A stretch of 44,035 nt of DNA from Octopus sinensis (taxonomy: Eukaryota): the NCBI RefSeq assembly GCF_006345805.1, contig NW_021834938.1, positions 1 through 44,035 of the forward strand, given 5' to 3'. The translations under genes and the position numbers were made by a program. How positions within the stretch are numbered: position 1 is the first letter of the stretch; each line of letters opens with the position of its first letter. The notes under the pieces were generated by a model that saw only the letters and a program-made list of their open reading frames with translations, ran no database searches and was not told where the DNA came from. Below are positions 35,672 through 44,035 of the stretch, piece by piece.

Positions 35672-36033
35672 TTATTTGTTTCAGTCATTTGACTGTGGCC
35701 ATGCTGGAGCACTGCCTTTAGTCGAACAAATCGACCCCAGGACTAATTCTTTGTAAGCCTACTACTTCGGTCTTTTTCGCCGAAATGCTGAGTTACGGTG
35801 ACATAAACGCACCAACACCGGTTGTCAAACGTTGATGGGAGGGGGAACATAGACATACAAACATACACACATATATATACGACGGGCTTCTTTCAGTTTC
35901 CGTCTTCCAGATCCATTCACAAGGCTATGGACGGCCTGAGGCTATACTAGAAGACACTTGCCCAAGGTACCTCGCAGTGGGACAGAACCCGGAACCATGT
36001 GGTTCGTAAGCAAGCTACTTTTCCACATAGCCA
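35672..36033 (-). mobile_element. SINE family B
   Basis: Tail, microsatellite and head on the minus strand. Confidence 0.85.
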
Positions 36034-36284
36034 ATCGTTTAGTTAGGCGGCGGGGCAAAATGAGTAACTTTTGATTCTTTGTTATTGTTTTCCTATCTAT
36101 TTCGAATCATTGCATTCCATCAAGATTTTGGATGTCGGGGAGGTAAATGCACACACACACACACACACATGTGGTGCGGGAGTAAATACACACGTGTGTG
36201 TGTGTGTGTGTATTTACCTCCCCGCCATCCAACAGTTTCACAACGAGTCTTAGTTTGTTTATATTCTCGTAACATAGAATCGGC

Positions 36285-36761
36285 GGCAATCTTTCGTCTC
36301 TAGTAGACCTTTCCGTGGATTTCCGTAAAAAAATTTTTTTTGTTTACATATGGGCTTGCGGGAACTTTTGAAGTAATGAGAGCGAAAGAGACTAAGAGAA
36401 AGCGATTGTATGACGAGGGAAGTTCTTTTGAAGTTACCGTGCATGTGAAGCATTGATGTACATGTGTGTGTGTGTGTGTGTTTGATGGGGTGTGGGAGAC
36501 AGGCAGTATGTTGTGTAAGTGAAGTGCTTCTGTTAGTGTGTGTGAAGAGACAGAGTAATGTGTGAAAGAAAGAGATAACTGAAATTTTTTACTCGGTGTA
36601 TGTGTATATGTATGTATGCATGTATGTGTGTGTGTGTATGTATCTATGTATGTGTGTATATGTATGTATATTACTTCAAAAGTTCCCGCAAGCCCATATG
36701 TAAAAAAAAAAAAATTTATACGGAAATCGACGGAAAGGTCTACTAGAGACGAAAGATCGCC
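36285..36761. mobile_element. Foldback MITE, independent insertion
   Basis: Same TIRs; TSD gaatcggc on both sides. Confidence 0.88.
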
Positions 36762-36948
36762 GAATCGGCAAATCGGAAACCGAACGCAGGGTCTGATTTA
36801 AGGGTAATTCAGCGGTAAATCTGTAAGGTAAGTTTGACCAATTTAGCTGCTATTTCTAGTTCATTCGTTTCCAAGGGACGTTACGAATTTCACGACGGAT
36901 CATAGAACCGAAACAAAGGAAAAACAACGTTAATTACAAATAAGTTAC

Positions 36949-37135
36949 CTCATCGAATGTTTCCCAGGTATCTGGAAATTAAATCAATGTGTGTGAGTTG
37001 ATATATATTATATTATATACATCTTCTTTCCCGTGATTTTCTACAAGAGGTTATTCCTCGAATGAATGGAATTCGATTCAGTTGTATATTCTTCCTGTTT
37101 GGGCTGTACTGTAGCTGAGCATGCGCATTGGACGA
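36949..37135 (-). promoter_or_regulatory. Putative promoter and non-coding first exon of zinc-finger gene 2
   Basis: Minus strand reads aatgcgcatgctcag ... tttccagata ... gag|gtaact (intron starting at 36948), colinear with 18504-18720. Confidence 0.55.
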
Positions 37136-37174
37136 GGAGAGAGAGAAAAAAAAGCGCGGGGCCAATTTAAGCCG

Positions 37175-37207
<33 letters not shown>

Positions 37208-37605
37208 CTAGCAGTATCGCCCGGCGTTGCTCGGGTTTGTAAGGGAAATAACTATAAAGCATTTTCAGAGAGTTATAGCCAAAAGATAGCAAAAAAATGC
37301 ATTAAAAATGGAAAAAAAATGATGGTAAATTTTTTTTTAAATCGTAGACTCATCGTAGACATTTTTAGAGAGTTACTTCCCTTATATAATAGCGAAAAAA
37401 TGCATTAAAATGGAAAAAAAATGATGGTAAATTATTTTTAAAATTGTAGACTCATCGTAGACGCGCGGTAATACCCAAAAGGGCTCGATATGAATGACGA
37501 CTATAAGCTACCCGGTTTTGGTTAAACTGCACCGCAAAATGTGGGAGTAGTTAGGAATCTAAATCGTAGAAGACAGACACACAACTTCACTTTTATATAT
37601 AAAGA
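37208..37605 (-). mobile_element. Non-autonomous Helitron
   Basis: CTAG plus hairpin at 37208; TC end at 37605. Confidence 0.85.
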
Positions 37606-37625
37606 TATGTATATGTGTGTGTATG

Positions 37626-37667
<42 letters not shown>

Positions 37668-37789
37668 AACCTTTACATAAATAAATAACGTGAAATACAC
37701 GAAGGGACGAACAAAAAGACAAACGGGTCATTCAAAGCCTTCATTCTTCAGTCAGAAACTGATCCCTCATCGCAGATTTCGGCTTTTTA

Positions 37790-38265
37790 TTTGTTTCAGT
37801 CATTTGACTGCGGCCATGCTGGAGCACCGCCTTTAGTCGAGCAAATCGACCGCAGGACTTATTTGGTCTTTCTTGCCGAACCGCTAAGTTACCGGGACGT
37901 AAACACACCAGCATCGGTTGTCAAGCGATGTTGAGGGGACAAACACAGGCACACAAACATACACACACACACACATTCTATATATAAAATATATCTATAT
38001 ATATATATATTTATATATATATGTATATACTCTTTCACTTGTTTCAGTCATTTGATTGTGGCCATGCTGGAGCACCGCCTTTAGTCGATCAAATCGACCC
38101 CGGGACTTATTCTTTGTAAGCCCAGTACTTATTTTATCGGTCTCTTTTGCCGAACCGCTAGGTATATATATATATATACGACGGGCATCTTTCAGTTTCC
38201 GTCTACCAGATCGACTCACAAGGATTTTGTAGGCCCGAGGCTATAAGTAGAAGACACTTGCCCAA
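37790..38265 (-). mobile_element. SINE family B fragments (two tails, partial head)
   Basis: ttgtttcagtcatttgactgcggccatgctggagc at ~37791 and ~38039. Confidence 0.8.
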
Positions 38266-38402
38266 ATTGGAATACGATGATTGCTTAATGCATTTTATAT
38301 ATACACTTTATATACGTTGGACACAATTTTAGAGCCTTGATATATTCGCTCCTGTTTTTCCATTTTCCCCAAAACAAACAAAATTAAAATATTCACTACA
38401 TA

Positions 38403-38807
38403 TAGGCGCAGGAGTGGCTGTGTGGTAAGTAGCTTGCTAACCAACCACATGGTTCCGGGTTCGGTCCCACTGCGTGGCATCTTGGGCAAGTGTCTTCTGC
38501 TATAGCCCCGGGCCGACTAATGCCTTGTGAGTGGATTTGGTAGACGGAAACTGAAAGAAGCCTGTCGTATATATGTATATATGTGTGTGTTTGTGTGTCT
38601 GCGTTTGTCCCCCTAGTATTGCTTGACAACCGATGCTGGTGTGTTTACGTCTCCGTCACTTAGCGGATCGGCAAAAGAGACCGATAGAATAAGTACTGGG
38701 CTTACAAAGAATAAGTCCCGGGATCGATTTGCTCGACTAAAGGCGGTGCTCCAGCATGGCCGCAGTCAAATGACTGAAACAAGTAAAAGAGAAAAGAGAA
38801 AAGAGTA
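38403..38807 (+). mobile_element. Full-length SINE family B
   Basis: ggcgcaggagtggctgtgtgg head through to the tgactgaaacaagtaaaaga tail. Confidence 0.9.
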
Positions 38808-38959
38808 ATATGATACAACCTTTTGTTAAATGCGTGTATCTACTACGTAATTAAGCGTGACTATTTCATAGAATTGCACTTAAGCGCATGCGTTAAGTGC
38901 TAAGCGATACAAAAAAATTGGTTATCCAATCACCATCGCCACCATCATCATCATCATCA

Positions 38960-39151
38960 TCTCTCTCTCGCTCTTCTCTTCCTCTCTCTCTCTCTCTCTC
39001 TCTCTCCCTGCCTCTTCTCTTCCTTACTCTCTGCCTTTCTTTAACCTCACCATCGGAACATTACCCCCCTCTGCGAAAATGATACCTTTAACTCTCCCCC
39101 TCAACTTTCAACTAATTTCTTTTACGTTCCCCCTACCTCACCGCATGAACG

Positions 39152-39186
<35 letters not shown>

Positions 39187-39313
39187 CTTTCTCTTTCTCC
39201 TTCTTTCTGTCTCACTCTTCGCCTTATCCTCTTTTTCTTTCTCCTCTCTTTCCCTTCAACTAATCACGTGAAAGCGTTACAATTACACTCCCTCTACCTT
39301 ACGTCATGGACGC

Positions 39314-39348
<35 letters not shown>

Positions 39349-39558
39349 CCTCTTCTGCTTTCTCTTTCTCTTTCTCTTTCTCTCTCTCTCTTCTGCTTTC
39401 TCTCTCTCTCTCTCTCTCTCTTCTGCTTTCTCCATCTCTTTCTCTTTCTCTCTCTTTGTCTCTCTCTCTCTCTCTTCTGCTTTCTCTCTCTCTCTCTCTC
39501 TCTCTATTTCTCTATCTCTCTCTTCTGCTTTCTCTCTCTCTTTCTCTCTCTATCTCTA
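38960..39558. repeat. (CT)n polypyrimidine low-complexity region
   Basis: Directly visible. Confidence 0.92.
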
Positions 39559-39660
39559 ATCACATGAAAGCGTTATCGTCTGGCTAACTAACGGAATGAC
39601 AAGGAAAATTATTATAAGATGATCTTCTATAATGGTATATGAATATAAATGTAACTTAAA

Positions 39661-39964
39661 TCTTTATATATAAAAGTGAAGTTGTGTGAGTGTCTGTCTC
39701 CTACGATTTAGATTCCTAACTACTCCCACATTTTGCGGGGCAGTTTAACCAAAACCGGGTATCTTATAGTCGTGATTCATATCGAGCCCTTCTGGGTATT
39801 AGCGCGCGTCTACGATGAGTCTACGATTTTTAAAAAAAATTACCATCATTTTTCCGCATTTTTAATGCATTTTCGCTCGGTTTATATAAGGGAAGTAACT
39901 CTCTATAAATGCTTAAATAGTTATTTCCCTTACAAACCCGAGCAACGCCGGGCGATACTGCTAG
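39661..39964 (+). mobile_element. Non-autonomous Helitron
   Basis: A|TC start, hairpin, CTAG|T end. Confidence 0.87.
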
Positions 39965-40349
39965 TATATTATAATCTGCTCGTTGTTGTATTTTGGGACG
40001 GTCATTTTTTTCCCAAATAAACACACGCACTATATATTTGTTCTTCGCTCGTTTATTACTGTTCTTATTATTTTAACTCATGTCCATTGTCCGGAAATCT
40101 TTTTTTTCACACATCTGTGACCTCTTCAGCGATACTTTTCGTTTCCGTGTGTGCTCTTGCTCCACTTTACCCTATTCTGCTCTTCTATGATGTGTCACAG
40201 ATGTGTGACGAAAGATTTCCGGACATGACCATCCCGAGATACAACAATATCTGTTTCAACACAAGATTTCATATCAGGAATCTTGCAACACAAATTGATA
40301 AACATAATCTGATCACCATTTCAGAAAATTTTCGCCATTCTCTTTGATA

Positions 40350-40722
40350 CTAGCAGTATCGCCCGGCGTTGCTCGGGTTTGTAAGGGAAATAACTATAAA
40401 GTATTTTTAGAGAGTTATAGCCAAAAAATAGCAAAAAAATTGGAAAAAAATTATGGTAAATTTTTTTGAGAGTTAAAAAGGTCGAGTTGCATCCCCTAGA
40501 CAGTCTGTGGTTTGTGTTTCTGATTCTCGACCCCATGTCGAATTTATCGATTTTTTTCAGAACTGGGGGAACTTTTCAAAATTTTCGCTGCGTTAGTTTT
40601 GAATTATGACATTGGGCTATGTGTGTGTCAAGTTTCATCAGAATCGGTTGAAAGCCGTGGTCAGGGTGAGGGTACAACCAAACAGACACACAGACAGACA
40701 AACTGCCGTTTATATAGAGAGA
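40350..40722 (-). mobile_element. Helitron with the same 3' end but a different 5' body
   Basis: CTAG, hairpin and ~110 bp are shared with the family; the remainder is unrelated, ending ttatatagaga. Confidence 0.65.
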
Positions 40723-40925
40723 GATAAAGACGAAGTTGGCTGGGGCAAAATGAGTAAGCCAAGATAAGGTAAATGTATCGCTTCAGTTCTCCAGAAAACA
40801 GACTCATACTCATCAGTAGCTATCCTTAGACATCAGAAATTCCCAAAATAAGTTTAAATATCTTGGTCAAATGAAAAAGGATCTGGGGAAGATAGCACAC
40901 GATATGAAATTAGCATAACTCGACT

Positions 40926-41521
40926 AGGCGCAGGAGTGGCTCTGTGGTAAGTAGCTTGCTAACCAACCACATGGTTCTGGGTTCAGTCCCATTGCGTGGG
41001 ACCTTGGGCTAGTGTCTTCTGTTATAGCCCCGGGCCGACCAATGCCTTGTGAGTGGATTTGGTAGACGGAAACTGAAAGAAGCCCGTCGTATATATATAT
41101 AGGCGCAGGAGTGGCTGTGTGGTAAGTAGCTTGCTAACCAACCACATGGTTCTGGGTTCAGTCCCACTGTGTGGCACCTTGGGTAGGTGTCTTCTGCTAT
41201 AGCCCCGGGCCGACCAATGCCTTGTGAGTGGATTTGGTAGACGGAAACTGGAAGAAGCCCGTCGTATATATATATATAGGCGCAGGAGTGGCTGTGTGGT
41301 AAGTAGCTTGCTAACCAACCACATGGTTCTGGGTTCAGTCCCACTGTGTGGCACCTTGGGCAAGTGTCTTCTGCTATAGCCCCGGGCCGACCAATGCCTT
41401 GTGAGCGAATTTGGTAGACGGAAACTGAAAGAAGCCTGTCGTGAGCGTCCAATAATACTTTATTTGTTCCACATCCTTGCGTTGTTGTTTTTTTTTTTTG
41501 TTTTCTTGTTTGGATTAACTT

Positions 41522-41565
<44 letters not shown>

Positions 41566-41768
41566 TAATATATGTGTGTGTGTGTGTGTGTGTCTGTGTG
41601 TGTGTGTGTTTGTGTGTTTGTGTTTGTCCCCCCTAGCATTGCTTGACAACCGATGCTGGTGTGTTTGCGTCCCCGTCACTTAGCGGTTCGGCAAAAGAGA
41701 CCGATAGAATAAGTACTGGGCTTACAAAAAAGAACAAGTCCCAAGTTGCTCGATTTGCTCGACTAAAA
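40926..41768 (+). mobile_element. SINE family B: three tandem heads (40926, 41101, 41278) and a downstream tail (~41600-41768)
   Basis: ggcgcaggagtggct repeated at ~176-bp spacing, separated by (TA)n. Confidence 0.88.
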
Positions 41769-41904
41769 ATGTAACAAAATATTCCGTATAGTTTCTTTAC
41801 GATCCACTGGAGTGTCCGCTTTGCGATTAATTTGCACACCATGCAGTTAAAGAGAAGAAATTATTGAAATTAGACATTACTCATTTTGCCCCATTTTACA
41901 CCTT

Positions 41905-42927
41905 AGAAGCTTGTCGTATATATGTATATATATGTGTGTGTATGTATATGTTTGTGTGTCTGTGTTTATCCCCCTAGCATCGCTTGACAACCGATTCTGG
42001 TGTGTTTACGTCCCGTAACTTAGCGGTTCGGCAAACGGGACTGATAGAATAAGTACTGGGCTTACAAAGAATAAGTCTCGCGCTCGATTTACTCGACTAG
42101 AAGGCGGTGCTCCAGCATGGCCGCAGTCAAATGACTGAAACAAGTAAAATAGTAAAGAGTATAGTCAAATGACTCTTTTACTCTCGTTTTACTCTCTTAC
42201 CGGTTTCAGTCATTTGACTGCGGCCATGCTGGAGCACCGCCTTTAGTCGAGCAAATCGATCTCAGGACTTATTCTTTGTAAGCCTAGTACTTATTCTATC
42301 AGTCTCTTTTGCCGAACCGCTAAGTTACGGGACGTAAACACACCATCATCGGTTGTCAAGCAATGCTAGGGGGACAAACACAAACACACAAACATATACA
42401 TACATACACATATATATACATATATACGACAGGCTTCTTTCAGTTTCCGTCTACCAAATCCACTCACAAGGCTTTGGTCGGCCCGAAGCTATAGCAGAAG
42501 ACACTTGCCCAAGGTGCCACGCAGTGGGACTTAACCCGGAACCATGTGGTTGGTAAGCAAGCTACTTACCACACAGCCACTCCTGCGCCTATGTTTCGGA
42601 TTCTCCCAACTTCAACAACAACAACTATGCTGTCCAATTTTTACTCCTGAATGCAGGGTAGACCAAAATAAGAAATAATGAAAAGAAAATATTTTTTCCT
42701 GAACGTACATATAATGCCATTTTATTTCATTAAGTTTTGAAAATTGAAACAGCTAAATTAACTCAGGCGCAGGAGTGGCTGTGTGGTAAGTAGCTTGCTA
42801 ACCAACCACATGGTTCCGGGTTCCGTCCCACTGCGTGGCATCTTGGGCAAGTGTCTTCTGCTATAGCCCCGGGCCGACCAATGCCTTGTCAGTGGATTTG
42901 GTAGACGGAAACTGAAAGAAGCCTGTC

Positions 42928-42970
<43 letters not shown>

Positions 42971-43180
42971 ATGTATAATGTTTGTCTCCCCCCCAACATC
43001 GCCTGACAACCGATGCTGGGTGTTTACGTCCCCCGTACTTAGCGGTTCGGCAAAAAAGACCGATAGAATAAGTACTGGGCTTACAAAGAATAAGTCCCGG
43101 GGTCGAGTTGCTCGACTAAAAAGGCGGTGCTCCAGCATGGCCGCAGTCAAATGACTGAAACAAGTAATAGAGTAAGAGTA
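41905..43180. mobile_element. Cluster of SINE-B copies in alternating orientation: tail + (41905-42160), full - (42172-42592), full + (42766-43180)
   Basis: Family head and tail motifs on both strands. Confidence 0.88.
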
Positions 43181-43358
43181 AATGCTTCCCGTCATTGTCA
43201 ACACACTGTTGGAGACGTTCATGAAAGTTAGGGATAACACTTTGGATGATTTCTTCTGGAATGGTGAAATGTGATTTCTTCTTGTGTGGGGGGATATTTA
43301 AAATTGAAAGTATTCAGTCATCGCCCTCGATCTGTTGATGAATTAAAACGCGCAATTT
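43179..43358. mobile_element. Tc1/mariner-type transposase C-terminal remnant, internally inverted
   Basis: Plus 43270-43358 reads CDFFL/GYLKLKVFSHRPRSVDELKRAI; minus 43262-43179 reads IPEEIIQSVIPNFHERLQQCVDNDGKHL. Confidence 0.7.
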
Positions 43359-43628
43359 GTGTAGAAATAGCAGCCATTAATATGTTGTCAGCATAACACT
43401 GATGGATGAAACATTTAATGCTGTTGAGGCATTCCTTGAAGCGTGGTAGAGGAGTCAGGAGTGGCCTATAGAGCCCAACTTCTATTAGATTGTTGGTTTT
43501 ATAATACACAGAAGCTGTGTCACAAAAGCTAACATAAAGATGGAAAATAAAGATTATTTTTGTATATTTACATTTGATCAGTTCACTAAGACACCATGAA
43601 CACTTAGAAATTATATTTCCGGTCATAT

Positions 43629-43996
43629 GTGGAAGCACTCCGTCGGTTACGACGACGAGGGTTCCGGTTGATCCGAATCAACGGAACAGCCTGCTCGTGA
43701 AATTAACGTGTAAGTGGCTGAGCACTCCACAGACACGTGTACCCTTAACGTAGTTCTCGGGGATATTCAGCGTGACACAGAGAGTGACAAGGCCGGCCCT
43801 TTGAAATACAGGAAGTAAGAGTGAGAGAAAGTTGTGGTGAAAGAGTACAGCAGGGATCACCACCATCCCCTGCCGGAGCCCCGTGGAGCTTTTTAGGTGT
43901 TTTTGCTCATAACACTTCACAACGCCCGTCTGGGAATCGAAACCGCGATCCTATGACCGCGAGTCCGCCACTCCCCACTGGGCCAGTACGCCTCCA
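43629..43996 (-). mobile_element. Full-length SINE family A
   Basis: TSD ttccggtcatat at 43617-43628 and 43998-44009. Confidence 0.92.
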
Positions 43997-44035
43997 ATTC
44001 CGGTCATATAAACCCATATCGAATCTTATTTTAGC

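Overview
Eukaryotic, AT-rich, repeat-dense DNA, most consistent with an octopus (coleoid cephalopod) genome. That assignment is inferred from the SINE families and the single-exon '[10 protein letters not shown]' C2H2 finger arrays. The left third (1-15,700) is a tandem segmental duplication (period ~6.7-8.3 kb). It carries two single-exon effector-type caspase copies (3722-4573 and 12030-12881) plus a third partial unit. Both caspases keep the His/Cys dyad but differ strongly in substrate-binding loops. Copy 1 has lost both Asp-binding S1 arginines and is fused directly to a SINE. The middle holds two convergent paralogous C2H2 zinc-finger genes (16 and 9 fingers) formed by an inverted duplication, with diverged but recognisably homologous promoters/first exons. 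Between them lie a 5.2-kb array of ~28 tRNA-derived SINE heads with higher-order periodicity, tandem piggyBac-type MITEs and a 48-bp minisatellite. The rest is SINEs, non-autonomous Helitrons, GG-terminal 8-bp-TSD MITEs, LINE/Penelope/Tc1-mariner remnants and microsatellites. Almost all other ORFs in the track are repeat-derived or shadow ORFs. All alignments and counts were done by eye and are approximate.
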